DNA of 64,000 nt from Candidatus Poriferisodalis multihospitum (GTDB lineage: Bacteria; Actinomycetota; Acidimicrobiia; Acidimicrobiales; Poriferisodalaceae): the NCBI GenBank assembly GCA_028278755.1, contig JAPYOI010000062.1, forward strand, positions 4,044 through 68,043. Direction: 5' to 3'. The position numbers and the translations under genes were made by a program. The notes below the pieces were generated by a model. It was not told the origin of the DNA. It saw only the letters and a program-made list of their open reading frames with translations, and did no database searches. Shown one piece after another: positions 47,277 through 57,523 of the stretch (position 1 is its first letter; each line of letters starts with the position of its first letter).

Positions 47277-48415
47277 GCCAGATCGCGCGTGGTGGGGTGG
47301 TAACCCTGCCCTGCCAAGGCCGCGAGAAAGCGCTGCGCCTCGGTGCGTGCGACTACGAGCACCAGCACGCCCTCGGCGCCCTCGGGTGAGTGAGCCACCT
47401 CGATGTCGGCCACGTTCACGTCGCAGTCCGCCGCGAGCATGGTGATCGCCGCGATCTGGCCCTTGCGGTCCGGGATCGGCACCCGCACTTCCAGCAGCTC
47501 CTGGGGCCGCACATAGCGCGACGGCAGGTTGGTGCGAGCGCGCCGCGCCTGTGTGAGCACGGCCCGCAGGCCGTCACGGTCCGCTCCCGCCACTACCTCG
47601 CGCATCTGCGTCAGACGCTCTGACAGTTCGTCGAGCACGCTCACGATGGCATCGCGGTTCTCGCCGCAGATGTCCAGCCAGATGCCGGGGTGGCCAGCGG
47701 CGATCCGGGTCATGTCCCGGAAGCCGCCGGCAGCCAGGCGCAGCAGCGGCGCGTCATCGAGGGCTCGATCGTCGGCGAGGCACATCAGCGAAGCGGCGGC
47801 GAGGTGCGGCACATGGCTCACCACCGCAACGAGGGCGTCGTGCCGTTCGGGCGTCATGGTCACGACGTCAGACCCGAAGCCCGCCAGCACTGCCTGGCAG
47901 GCGCGCAAGGAGCTGTCGTCGGTGGTCTCATTCGGCGTCAGGGCCCACACCGCGCCGGCGAACATGTCGGGGTTCGCGCCTTCGATGCCGTCTTGTTCCG
48001 AGCCGGCCATCGGATGGCCCGGCACGAAGCGAGCATCGGCGATCGCCTGGGCGACCGGCGTCTTGACGCTGCCGGTGTCGGTCACCACCGCGCCCGCAGC
48101 AGCAGTGTCGGCGAGGGCGAGCGCGACCTGCTCGGCCAGCATCGCCGCGGGCACTGCCACCACACAGAACGTCGCCTCCGGGTCGGTGCCCACGGCATCG
48201 AGACAACCGAGCTCGAGTGCCCGCTGCGCGTGATCACCGACGGCGTCGCGCCCCGTCACATGCCATCCCGACTTTCGCAGTGCCGCTGCGACGGATCCGC
48301 CGATCAGGCCCGTGCCCACCACTTGGGCGCGGCCAGACGGCTCGTTGGCGCGCGGCGGCGCCGCTGCGCCGGCAGGCGACGGCAATTGCGTTGTCTCGGC
48401 GGAACTCGCGGCCAC
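47273..48415 (-). CDS. tyrA: prephenate dehydrogenase with C-terminal ACT-like domain
   Basis: ..VVGTGLIGGSVAAALRKSG.. Rossmann motif, ..GHPMAGSE.., ..SHVPHL.. Overlaps the aroA-cmk start by 4 nt. Confidence 0.85.
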   Translation of the reverse strand: MAASSAETTQLPSPAGAAAPPRANEPSGRAQVVGTGLIGGSVAAALRKSGWHVTGRDAVGDHAQRALELGCLDAVGTDPEATFCVVAVPAAMLAEQVALALADTAAAGAVVTDTGSVKTPVAQAIADARFVPGHPMAGSEQDGIEGANPDMFAGAVWALTPNETTDDSSLRACQAVLAGFGSDVVTMTPERHDALVAVVSHVPHLAAASLMCLADDRALDDAPLLRLAAGGFRDMTRIAAGHPGIWLDICGENRDAIVSVLDELSERLTQMREVVAGADRDGLRAVLTQARRARTNLPSRYVRPQELLEVRVPIPDRKGQIAAITMLAADCDVNVADIEVAHSPEGAEGVLVLVVARTEAQRFLAALAGQGYHPTTRDLA

Positions 48416-48487
48416 GCAACGAAGGGTACCGATGGCTCTGATCGTCCCCGGTTTGGGCCGGCGAGATTCCTGATGGGCTCCGGCGGC

Positions 48488-51400
48488 TCAGTCGGGCGGC
48501 GCCAGCCCGGCGACATGGGCCGCCAGTTCCGAACGGAAGGCGTCCACGGCGGCCATCTTGATGTCCTCGTAGCCGCGGACCAGCTCGGCCAGCCTGGCGA
48601 TGGCGACGGCCTGTTCATACCGGGCCGCGCCTGCATCCCGTTCCAGCGCTTCGAGCGCCGCGTCGAGCGCTGCCCGGTACTCGCCAGGCAGCTCCCGCTC
48701 GGTCCGGCGCACTTCAGTGTGACCGAACGGATCGCACCATCGTCCCCGGAGGCGCTTGCCTCGCGCCAGCAGCGCGAATACTGGCCGCCACGCCGTCGAG
48801 AACCGGATCTTGCCGGTACGCCCCAGTGCACGCAGCAGCGGTGGGTGCAGGCTCCACGAGACCGTGCCGCCGACGGACGCAGCCAATTCCCGTGCCGCCA
48901 CGTTCGCCTCAGGATCGGACATAAGCCGGGCCACCTCGTACTCGTCCTTGTAGGCCATCAGCTTGAAGTGCCCCGCGGCAGCAGCCGCAGTCAGCCGGCC
49001 GGAGCGGTCCCCCGCCGCCCGATCTGCCCTCGCCACGCGTTCGACTGCGTCGAGAAACTGCGCCGCCAGCTTGTCCGACTGGTATGCGCACAGCTCGGCT
49101 GCGTACTGGCGCAGTGCCGCACGCAGCCCATGGAGATCTCCCGCTGATACTTCGCCGGCCAGCCCCTCGGTCAATTCGTCGATGCGGGCCGCCACGCGCT
49201 CCGGCACCGCGATGTCAGGACCGGTGTCTGTGGCGATGCTCGCGTCATGACCCGCTGCGCTCACGGTGCCCTGCGCCGCGGCCGCGGTCACCATGCCCGG
49301 ATCGCAGATCATCGTCCGGCCCCAGCGGAATGCAGCGAGGTTCTGGTCGACCGCAACGCCGTTCAGCTCAATGGCCGCCTCCACGCTCGCCGGCATGATC
49401 GGCAGCGCGCCCGCCTGGACGGCCATGCCCACGACAAACACATTCGCTGTCACCGCCGAGCCGCAGAGCGCAGTCACCAGCGAAGCAACATCGGCCCAGT
49501 GCTGCCTGCCGTCGACGGTGACCGCAGCGACCCGCTCAAGCAGCTCGGAGGTCGCAGGCATGTCGATACTCGGATCGGCGACCATGGCACCGGTCGGCGT
49601 CGGCGATGTCGATCCGACAACCATCGTCCGGGTCGGATCGGCGACCTCGAGTCCCGCCGCCGATGCCGCTACGAGCAGGTCGAACGCCACGATCACGTCG
49701 GCCTGACCGCTGCCGAGGCGTGCCGTGGCCGGCCCGCCGATCCGCTTCAGCCGCAGATCGCCCACCACAGTGCCCGCCTTCTGCGACAACCCGATCTGGT
49801 CGAGACCTCGCACCTCGAAGCCATCGAACATCGCCGCCGTGCCGAGCACCTGGTTGACCGTCACCACGCCGGTCCCGCCGATCCCGCACATGCGCACCGA
49901 CACCTCGTCGGGCCCGACGAGCGGCACCGGATCGGGCAGCTCAGCAGGCGGCTCGGTTCGAGCGCCATCGCCGGAACCGTCGTTGCCGCCCGTCGGCTGC
50001 TTGCGCCGCAGCGGCGCCAGCATCTCGCGCACCGCGGTGCGGAATGGCCCCGGCTCGGTCACCGTCATGAACGATGGGCAATCGCCGTCGAGGCACGAGT
50101 AGTCGAGGTTGCACGACGTCTGATCGATGCGGGTCTTGCGCCCGAAGAAGGTGTCGACGGGCTGCACCGACAGGCAGTTGCTCTTGGCACCGCAGTCGCC
50201 GCAGCCCTCACAGATTCGCTCGTTGATGAGCACTCGCTTGGGCGGCGTGGGCTGTGAGCCGCGCTTGCGGCCCCGCCGCGCCTCGGCTGCGCACTGCTGA
50301 TCGTGGATCAGCACCGTGACGCCGTCGATGCCGGCGAGCAGCTCCTGGGCCTCGGTCAAACGATCGCGATGCCACACCTCGACACCGGCGGGCACCGCAC
50401 GGCCGCGATAGGCGGCAGGGTCGTCGGTGGTGATGAGCACCCTGGCCACACCCCCCGCCAGCAGCCCGGCCGCCACGTCGGGCACCTCCAGCTGCCCAGC
50501 GGGATCCTGCCCGCCCGTCATGGCGACAGCCCGGTTCCACAGCAGCTTGTAAGTGATGTTGACGCCGGAGGCCACCGCGCCGGCGATCGCCAGCTGACCG
50601 CTGTGGAAGTAGGTGCCGTCACCCAGGTTCTGGAAGATGTGCTGCGTCTCGACGAACGGCGACATGCCGATCCACTGCGTGCCCTCCTGGCCCATGCACG
50701 TCAAGCTCACGATGTCGCCGACCCGCTCCGGGTCCATGAACAGTGCCATCGTGTGACAGCCGATCCCGGCGCCCACCACGGCACCGTCGGGCACCTCGGT
50801 CGAGCGATTGTGCGGGCAGCCCGAGCAGAAGTACGGCGAGCGGCTCTGCTCGGGGGGCAATGCGAGGGGAAGCTCGATACGCACGCGTTCCGGCTGGCGC
50901 GGCACCAGCCGGTCACCGATGCGACCCTCCAGCCGCCCGCGCAGCGGCCCGATGAGATCGTCTGCGGTCAGCGCTCCGTACGAACCGAGCAGCGTCCGGT
51001 CGTACTCGTCGGTCTTGCCGACGATGCGGGGATGGTGCGATTGGTTGTAGAGGGAGTCTTTGAGCAAGGACTCGATATTGGGGCTCTTCTCTTCGATCAC
51101 GAAGATCTCCGTGACCCCGCGGGCGAAGTGCCGGGCCCGATCGGGGCTGAACGGGATCGGCATGCCCATCCGCACGAGCCGGACGCCGGACTCGGCGACC
51201 GATTCATCGCTGTCGAGGCCCAGCCGCCGCAGTGCCTCGCGAACCTCGCGGTAGGTGATGCCTGAGGCCACGATCGCAATCCAGGCGTCGGGCGGATCGA
51301 CCGTGGCGTCGTTCAAGCGGTTAGCCGCGGCGTACGCGATGGCGAGCTCGTAGCGGACCTCGACGATCTCGCGCTCGATGTCGACCGTGTGGGGCGTGAG

Positions 51401-52117
51401 GAGATAGCCGTCGGGCCGGTGGCGGTACGGTTCGCCGTCGACAAGCGGGATAACCGGATCGAATCGGTCAGGATCCAGCAGGACCGTCGCAGCACCGTCC
51501 GCCACATCGGCCACGATCTTGAGGCTCGTCCACAGCCCCGTCGTCCGGGACATGGCGATGGCATGGCGACCGAGATCGAGCGCCTCGGCGGGCGTGCCCG
51601 GGTAAAGCACCGGGATGTGCAGGTCGGCCATCGACCCAGCCGAGCTCGACGGGATCGTGGAGCTCTTGGCGGCGGGGTCGTCGCCGGCAATGGCCACCGC
51701 GCCACCGCGAGGATCAGTGCCCGCGAAGACAGCATGTCGCAGCGCATCGGTCGCGCGGTCGACGCCGGGCGCCTTGCCGTACCAGAGCCCGACGACGCCG
51801 TCGTAGGCGGCATCGGGTCGGGTGGTGGCCAGCTGGCTGCCCATGACAGCAGTCGCAGCCTGATCCTCGTTGACGGCCGGCGAATGCACGATCGGCAGAT
51901 CCGTCGCTTTGCGGGCAGCCGCCACAGCGGCGTCGTAGCCGCCGAGGGGCGAACCCGGATAGCCCGACACGAACGCCGCCGTGCGCAGGCCCGCACGCCG
52001 GTCGGCCCGCAGCTGTTCGATCGGCAGGCGAGCCAAGGCTTGCAGCCCGGTCATGAACGTGGTGCCGCCGTCGTCGGTGTAGCGCCCCGACAGCCGGTAC
52101 GTCTCAGCGAGGCTCAT
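48488..52117 (-). CDS. indolepyruvate ferredoxin oxidoreductase family protein (fused alpha/beta, 2-oxoacid:ferredoxin oxidoreductase)
   Basis: About 1200 aa. ..FMTGLQALARLP..FVSGYPGSPLGG.., TPP motif ..GDGTYFHSG.., ferredoxin-like Cys clusters (..CEGCGDCG..SNC..). ATG 52117 is preceded by AAGAGAG. Confidence 0.85.
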   Translation of the reverse strand: MSLAETYRLSGRYTDDGGTTFMTGLQALARLPIEQLRADRRAGLRTAAFVSGYPGSPLGGYDAAVAAARKATDLPIVHSPAVNEDQAATAVMGSQLATTRPDAAYDGVVGLWYGKAPGVDRATDALRHAVFAGTDPRGGAVAIAGDDPAAKSSTIPSSSAGSMADLHIPVLYPGTPAEALDLGRHAIAMSRTTGLWTSLKIVADVADGAATVLLDPDRFDPVIPLVDGEPYRHRPDGYLLTPHTVDIEREIVEVRYELAIAYAAANRLNDATVDPPDAWIAIVASGITYREVREALRRLGLDSDESVAESGVRLVRMGMPIPFSPDRARHFARGVTEIFVIEEKSPNIESLLKDSLYNQSHHPRIVGKTDEYDRTLLGSYGALTADDLIGPLRGRLEGRIGDRLVPRQPERVRIELPLALPPEQSRSPYFCSGCPHNRSTEVPDGAVVGAGIGCHTMALFMDPERVGDIVSLTCMGQEGTQWIGMSPFVETQHIFQNLGDGTYFHSGQLAIAGAVASGVNITYKLLWNRAVAMTGGQDPAGQLEVPDVAAGLLAGGVARVLITTDDPAAYRGRAVPAGVEVWHRDRLTEAQELLAGIDGVTVLIHDQQCAAEARRGRKRGSQPTPPKRVLINERICEGCGDCGAKSNCLSVQPVDTFFGRKTRIDQTSCNLDYSCLDGDCPSFMTVTEPGPFRTAVREMLAPLRRKQPTGGNDGSGDGARTEPPAELPDPVPLVGPDEVSVRMCGIGGTGVVTVNQVLGTAAMFDGFEVRGLDQIGLSQKAGTVVGDLRLKRIGGPATARLGSGQADVIVAFDLLVAASAAGLEVADPTRTMVVGSTSPTPTGAMVADPSIDMPATSELLERVAAVTVDGRQHWADVASLVTALCGSAVTANVFVVGMAVQAGALPIMPASVEAAIELNGVAVDQNLAAFRWGRTMICDPGMVTAAAAQGTVSAAGHDASIATDTGPDIAVPERVAARIDELTEGLAGEVSAGDLHGLRAALRQYAAELCAYQSDKLAAQFLDAVERVARADRAAGDRSGRLTAAAAAGHFKLMAYKDEYEVARLMSDPEANVAARELAASVGGTVSWSLHPPLLRALGRTGKIRFSTAWRPVFALLARGKRLRGRWCDPFGHTEVRRTERELPGEYRAALDAALEALERDAGAARYEQAVAIARLAELVRGYEDIKMAAVDAFRSELAAHVAGLAPPD

Positions 52118-52290
52118 CTGTGCACTCTCTTGTGCTGGCAACGGTTCGGGACGGTCATGCCACAGGCCCTTCGTACGTCACATCCATTGTGGTCGCTGCT
52201 TGTGGCACAGCGAAGACGCCGAACCGCACCCCGTGCCGGCCAAGACGCAGCGCACTGCTGCGCGGGCAGGTGCGCCCTGCGCTCGCCGCT

Positions 52291-53055
52291 CTAGCTCGCT
52301 CCGCTTGCGGGCCGCTCGGGCCCGGGGCTCAGCCTCTTGGCGGCGCGGTGCAGTTCTCGGACCTCGTCGGCAGTGAGCGGTCGGTGTTCCCCGGGACGCA
52401 ATGCCGGATCGGTGAGCGACCCGATGCGCGTGCGCACCAGTCGCACGACCGGATGCCCCACGGCATCGCACATGCGCCGGATCTGGCGGTTGCGGCCTTC
52501 GTGTATCACGATGCGCAGCACCGACGGCTGGGGCGTCGAAACCACGGCAGGTGCTGTGGGCCCATCGTCCAGCGCGACGCCTGTGCGCAGCTGCGCTAAC
52601 GCACCGCGTGCTGGCATCCCGTCCACGTGGGCGAGATACTCCTTGGGGACCCCCCAGGACGGATGCGTCAGCCGGTGCGTCAGCTCGCCGTCGTTGGTCA
52701 CGATGATCAGCCCTTCGGAGTCGGCATCCAGCCGCCCGACCGGATACACGCGAACTGCAGCAGGCACCAGATCGGTCACGCAGCGCCTCCCCCGGTCGTC
52801 CGATGCTGCACTGAGCACGCCGCGCGGTTTGTTCACCAAGTAGTGGACCATCGCTGCGTCCCACGTGACGACCGCACCGTCGACCTCGACCAGATCTGCC
52901 GGTTCCGCTCGGTCTCCGACCCGGGCGATCGTGCCGTTGACCGTGACGCGTCCCGCGGCGATCAGCTCCTCGCACCTGCGACGGCTGGCAACACCGCAAC
53001 GGGCCATGACCTTGTGCAGCCGCTCGGCCTGTTCTTGTTGGCCGTCCTGCGGCAC
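52291..53055 (-). CDS. rluB: pseudouridine synthase (RluB/RsuA family) with S4 domain
   Basis: ..ERLHKVMARCGVASRRRCEELIAAGRVTVNG (S4) and ..VYPVGRLDADSEGLIIVTNDG (catalytic Asp motif). Confidence 0.85.
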   Translation of the reverse strand: MPQDGQQEQAERLHKVMARCGVASRRRCEELIAAGRVTVNGTIARVGDRAEPADLVEVDGAVVTWDAAMVHYLVNKPRGVLSAASDDRGRRCVTDLVPAAVRVYPVGRLDADSEGLIIVTNDGELTHRLTHPSWGVPKEYLAHVDGMPARGALAQLRTGVALDDGPTAPAVVSTPQPSVLRIVIHEGRNRQIRRMCDAVGHPVVRLVRTRIGSLTDPALRPGEHRPLTADEVRELHRAAKRLSPGPERPASGAS

Positions 53056-53057
53056 TG

Positions 53058-53894
53058 CTAGCCGTGCTTGTCGGCTGCGAGGCGATCCATGGCCTCCATG
53101 GCATCGCCGTCGACGCGCAGCTCCGCCAGCGACGGCAGGTCGTCGAGGCTGCGGAGGCTCAGTCGCTCCAGGAAGATCGGCGTTGTCCCGAGCAGGGCAG
53201 CATTGCCCGGACCCGGATCACGCGCGACCTCGGCGATGTAGCCCTGATCTGCGAGCGTGCGGACCACGCCGTCGGCGTTGACGCCCCGGATGGCGCTGAT
53301 CTGCGCCCGTGAGACGGGCTGCTTGTAGGCGACCACGGCCAGCGTCTCCATCGCTGCTGCAGACAGGCGAGCCGATCGGCGGCTCCCCACGAAGCGTTCC
53401 ACGTACTCCGCGACTTCTGCGGCGGTCTGCAACTGGTATCCGCCAGCCACCTGCATCAGGGTGAAGCCACGCTCGGCCTGTGCGTACTCCCGTGCCAGCT
53501 CGTTGCAGACCGCTTGGACCGACGTCGCCGGGGCCCCGATGACCGCAGCCAGCACCTCGGCCGGCACCGGCTCGGTCGCGACCATCAGCACGGCCTCGAT
53601 GGCCGCGTACAGCACGTCGTCGTCGAGAGTCCGCTGCTCACCGGGCCGCATGTCGCCGGTCTCGATGCCCGTGGTGCCCTCTGCGTGGCCGTTCTGCGAC
53701 ATCGACGAGCCATTGACCTTCTGGTTGCGCCCCGACGGCACAGAGGGATGGGAGGGGGGATGCGCCGAAGTCCTCGACGCAGGCGAGCCAGGAGACTGCT
53801 CCGGCGGCGCAGGCGGATCGGCAACCGTGCGTCCCTCATCGCTGACCAGCCGCAGGCCGCGCGCGGATTCGACCGGCGGGCGCTGCTCGCTCAC
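53058..53894 (-). CDS. scpB: segregation and condensation protein B
   Basis: ..AIEAVLMVATEPV.., ..GGYQLQT.., ..LETLAVVAYKQPVSRAQISAIRGV.. The N-terminal extension is low-complexity. Confidence 0.85.
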   Translation of the reverse strand: MSEQRPPVESARGLRLVSDEGRTVADPPAPPEQSPGSPASRTSAHPPSHPSVPSGRNQKVNGSSMSQNGHAEGTTGIETGDMRPGEQRTLDDDVLYAAIEAVLMVATEPVPAEVLAAVIGAPATSVQAVCNELAREYAQAERGFTLMQVAGGYQLQTAAEVAEYVERFVGSRRSARLSAAAMETLAVVAYKQPVSRAQISAIRGVNADGVVRTLADQGYIAEVARDPGPGNAALLGTTPIFLERLSLRSLDDLPSLAELRVDGDAMEAMDRLAADKHG

Positions 53895-53964
53895 AGAGCA
53901 ACTCCGCCGCAGCGGCCCGCCGCTATCTCGAGACGCAAGCGTCCGACGGCCGATATGACCGCGC

Positions 53965-54810
53965 TCACGCGGCGTCTTCCCCGTAACCGCCGGCCGCAGC
54001 CGGCACTGCCGCGCCGTCGCCGATCCAGTCCACGCCGATGTCGCCGAAGCGTTCGGCTTGGGTCAACTCGACGAGCCCCGATCCGAACAGCTCCAGCACG
54101 GCCAGGAAGTACACGACCACCACGATGCGCTCGGTCACGTCGCAGGTGAGTTCACGGAAGGTGGCCGTGCCCGTGTCAGCAAGCTGCTCGATGATCTTGG
54201 CCGCGGCCTCGTCGACCGTGATGCCGGCTGCCCTCAGGTGGCTGACATCGACGCGCGGCACCGGCCGCGGCGCAAGCACCCGTTCCATCGCCGCAGTGAT
54301 GTCGTCTCGTGAGGCGCCCGCCAGCAGGTCTGGCGCGAACACCAAGAATCGTTCAGGGGGCCCCGCCGTGCGGGGCCATTGCAGCGCCGCGGCATCCCAG
54401 CGTTCGCGCAGCAGCCTCGCTGCGGCGCCAAACGTGCGCCCCTCGACCAGCCGTGCCAATGCCGCATCGCGCAGGCCGTAAGCCGCCAATTCGTCCTCCA
54501 GGTCCAACTCGACCGGCGGGGCGGGCAGCAGCCGGCGGGACTTCAGCTCGATCAGCGTCGCAGCCAGCAGGGCGAACTCGCTGGCAGCGTCCATGTCGAT
54601 CCTGCGGTCACTCGCAGGCGCACTGACAGCCTCGCTGCGCGGTGCACGGTCTGCAGTGTCGGGGAATTCGACTGCGGCCATGACGGCGACGAAGTCGTCG
54701 ACCAGGCGCGTCAACGACACCTCCCAGATGTCCACCTCCTGGGACACGACCAGCTTCACCAGCACATCCAGCGGGCCCGCGAAGGCCTCCGTGCGAACCT
54801 CTTGGGCCAC
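53965..54810 (-). CDS. scpA: segregation and condensation protein A
   Basis: ..FAGPLDVLVKLVVSQEVDIWEVSLTRLVDDF.. is the ScpA (kleisin) N-terminus. GTG start. Confidence 0.85.
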   Translation of the reverse strand: MAQEVRTEAFAGPLDVLVKLVVSQEVDIWEVSLTRLVDDFVAVMAAVEFPDTADRAPRSEAVSAPASDRRIDMDAASEFALLAATLIELKSRRLLPAPPVELDLEDELAAYGLRDAALARLVEGRTFGAAARLLRERWDAAALQWPRTAGPPERFLVFAPDLLAGASRDDITAAMERVLAPRPVPRVDVSHLRAAGITVDEAAAKIIEQLADTGTATFRELTCDVTERIVVVVYFLAVLELFGSGLVELTQAERFGDIGVDWIGDGAAVPAAAGGYGEDAA

Positions 54811-54895
54811 GCGGCCCGAAGGTACCGCGGCATGCCTGCGGGGCCCGGGATATTTGGCGGGTTTCTTCGGGCGCTACCCGGTACCGTCCGGCGCC

Positions 54896-55897
54896 ATGAC
54901 ACGAGTGCTCTCGGGCATCCAGCCCACCGGCGACGTTCACCTCGGCAACTACCTCGGGGCGCTGCGCCAGTGGGCGATCGACCAGCACGATGCCGACGCC
55001 TTCTACTGCGCCGTCGACCTGCATGCCGTCACCGTCCAGCAGGATCCGACCCAGCTGCGCGAGGCCACCCTGGGCACGATGGCCACGCTGATCTCGGTCG
55101 GCCTCGATCCCGAGGTTTGCACCCTGTTCGTGCAGAGCCACGTGCCTCAGCACACGGAGCTGTCGTGGCTGCTGGAGTGCACAGTGTCGCTTGGCGAGCT
55201 GCGCCGCATGACTCAGTTCAAGGACAAATCGGCACGCTCGGAAGGGGGCGAGATGGGCGGCGACCACGTCTCCGCCGGTCTGTTCACGTATCCGGCGCTC
55301 ATGGCAGCGGACATCCTGATCTACGACGCCGATCGAGTGCCGGTCGGCGACGACCAACGCCAGCACCTCGAGCTGACACGTGACGTGGCGCAGCGGTTCA
55401 ACTCCCGCTACGGCGACACGTTCGTTATCCCTGAGGCTGCCATCCCTACGGTCGGCGCCCGCGTCATGGATCTGCAGAACCCCACCTCGAAGATGTCCAA
55501 GTCGGCCGAGAGCCCCCAAGGCTCGATCGGCATCTTCGATGATCATGCCGACATCGCACGCAAATTCGCCAGGGCCGTGACCGACTCGGAGTCCGAGGTG
55601 CGCTACGACCCCGAGGCCAAGCCAGGAGTGTCGAACCTGCTGTCGATCCTGGGTGCCGCAACGGGCCGGAGCCCTGCGGACTCTGCGGCGGGCTACAGCC
55701 AGTACGGGGCTCTCAAAACCGATACTGCGGACGCGGTCGTCGCCATGCTCGAGCCCATCGCCGCGAAGAAGGCCGAGCTCGACGCAGATCCCGCTGAGCT
55801 CGCCCGCATCATCGCCGCCGGTGCCGACAAAGCCGAGGCCGTGGCGTGCGGCACCTTGGCCCGCGCCAAAGAAGCGATGGGTTTCCTGCCGAAATAG
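54896..55897 (+). CDS. trpS: tryptophan--tRNA ligase
   Basis: MTRVLSGIQPTGDVHLGNYLGA (HIGH-type) and ..KMSKS.. ATG 54896 chosen within the longer ORF. Confidence 0.95.
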   Translation: MTRVLSGIQPTGDVHLGNYLGALRQWAIDQHDADAFYCAVDLHAVTVQQDPTQLREATLGTMATLISVGLDPEVCTLFVQSHVPQHTELSWLLECTVSLGELRRMTQFKDKSARSEGGEMGGDHVSAGLFTYPALMAADILIYDADRVPVGDDQRQHLELTRDVAQRFNSRYGDTFVIPEAAIPTVGARVMDLQNPTSKMSKSAESPQGSIGIFDDHADIARKFARAVTDSESEVRYDPEAKPGVSNLLSILGAATGRSPADSAAGYSQYGALKTDTADAVVAMLEPIAAKKAELDADPAELARIIAAGADKAEAVACGTLARAKEAMGFLPK

Positions 55898-56008
55898 CTG
55901 GGGCGAGCCCCTGACGAGGGCACGCAGGCGAGGCCACATAGGGCGTCAACGCGCTCACAGATAGCGGTGCTTGCCAGGAAGTTTCCTGAAACCAGTGCGC
56001 GCGAATGT

Positions 56009-56037
56009 TTGCATTTGGCCGCATACGAGTGTATGCT
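56009..56037 (+). promoter_or_regulatory. putative promoter giving a leaderless transcript for the HNH/DUF222 gene
   Basis: TTGCAT (56009..56014), a 17-nt spacer, TATGCT (56032..56037). The A of ATG 56044 lies 7 nt downstream of the -10 element. Confidence 0.35.
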
Positions 56038-56043
56038 CTCTTT

Positions 56044-57456
56044 ATGTTCGGCGATGTCGTGCGAGAACTCGCTCCCGGCTACGGGGAAGCGCACGACGAC
56101 GGCAATCGCACGATGTCTGCGTGGCCCAGTGCTGGGTCGGCGTGGCCGGGCGAGGCAGCGGTGTGGGCCGACAGCGGCGATGCGAGAGGCCGTGCGGACT
56201 GCTCCGGCACCGGTCTGGGGACGTTGAGCAGTCAAGAGCTCAAGGCGTTGGTGGTCGAGCTGGCGGAAAAGCGTGCCCGTGCCGAGGGCCGCTACCTGGC
56301 AGCAGTCGGCGAGCTGGCAGCGCGCAATGGCGCGCAGTCCGCGGCCTATGTGCTGCGCGACCAGACGCGCATGAACTGCGCGCGGGCCCGCTCCGAGGCC
56401 CGCCTGGCCGAGAGCCTGGTGTCAGAAGGCTTCACCGACACGCTCGAAGCGATGCGAGCCGGCGAGATTCACATGTCCCACGCGAAGGTGATCGCCCGCG
56501 AAGCACCCAAGAAGCACCGCCGCAGCGAAAGCGACTTCCTGGAGCTGGCCCGCGCATACCCGTCCGACACCATCGCCCGGCACCCGCTCGCCTACCGCAG
56601 CCAGCAGGTCGAAGCTGATCTAGCGGCTGAGGCCGCCGCCAACGGCCTCAGCCCCATCGATGCGGAACTGGCGCTGCAGCGTCATGAACGCTCGGCGTCG
56701 CTGCGCATGGGCGACGACGGCATGTGGCATCTGCGCGGCAAGTTCGACTTCCTCACCGGGCGCGAGCTCAGCGCTGCGCTCGAAGCCCAACTCCGGTCGC
56801 TGCGCCGCCGCGCCGAACTCGATGCCGGCAGCGCCGATTCCACCCGCTCCGGCCCAACCGGCGGGGACAGGCGCAACGGCGAGGCCGACAGCGACAGTCC
56901 GATGCCGACGCGCCGCCAACTGCTGGCCGATGCGCTCAGCGAGCTTGTCGCCGGCACCGCCTCGGCACGCCATGCCAAGAACAACCTGATCATCGTTGCC
57001 GACTACGACGCCACAAGCGATCGGCTCGTCAGTCCCCGCCTCGACGACGGGACTCCCCTGTCAGCCCAGATGCTCGTCGAGCACGCCATCGACGCCAAGG
57101 TGCTGCCCGCGATGTTCAATGCCGACTGGTCAGAACTCGCGTTGGGGCGTACACGCAACGCCAACGACGCCCAGCGCCTCATCCTTGCGGTGCGCGACGG
57201 CGGCTGCATCGGCTGCAGGCTCACCTCCGAGCACACCCAAGCCCACCACATCGACCACTACGGGAACGGCGGCCTCACCGACATTCCCAACCTCGCCTCG
57301 ATGTGCCAGCCATGCCACCGAAACCTCCACACCCGCGGCCACAAGATCCATACCCCACTCAACGGCCGACCCCGCCTCCAATCCCCCGAACCCAGAGACA
57401 CCGAGTCGTTTAGTCAGCCTCCCACTGACGCCGCGGCTACCGCCCGCAGTCCCTGA
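56044..57456 (+). CDS. DUF222 / HNH endonuclease domain protein (mycobacterial 13E12-repeat-like)
   Basis: The C-terminus ..GCIGCRLTSEHTQAHHIDHYGNGGLTDIPNLASMCQPCHRNLH.. is an HNH motif. The helical N-terminal region is DUF222-like. Confidence 0.8.
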   Translation: MFGDVVRELAPGYGEAHDDGNRTMSAWPSAGSAWPGEAAVWADSGDARGRADCSGTGLGTLSSQELKALVVELAEKRARAEGRYLAAVGELAARNGAQSAAYVLRDQTRMNCARARSEARLAESLVSEGFTDTLEAMRAGEIHMSHAKVIAREAPKKHRRSESDFLELARAYPSDTIARHPLAYRSQQVEADLAAEAAANGLSPIDAELALQRHERSASLRMGDDGMWHLRGKFDFLTGRELSAALEAQLRSLRRRAELDAGSADSTRSGPTGGDRRNGEADSDSPMPTRRQLLADALSELVAGTASARHAKNNLIIVADYDATSDRLVSPRLDDGTPLSAQMLVEHAIDAKVLPAMFNADWSELALGRTRNANDAQRLILAVRDGGCIGCRLTSEHTQAHHIDHYGNGGLTDIPNLASMCQPCHRNLHTRGHKIHTPLNGRPRLQSPEPRDTESFSQPPTDAAATARSP

Positions 57457-57523
57457 CAGTCCCTCCTCGGAGCGCTACTGACGGGCATTGTGAAGCAGAA
57501 TCCCGACGAGAACTGCTGACGCG

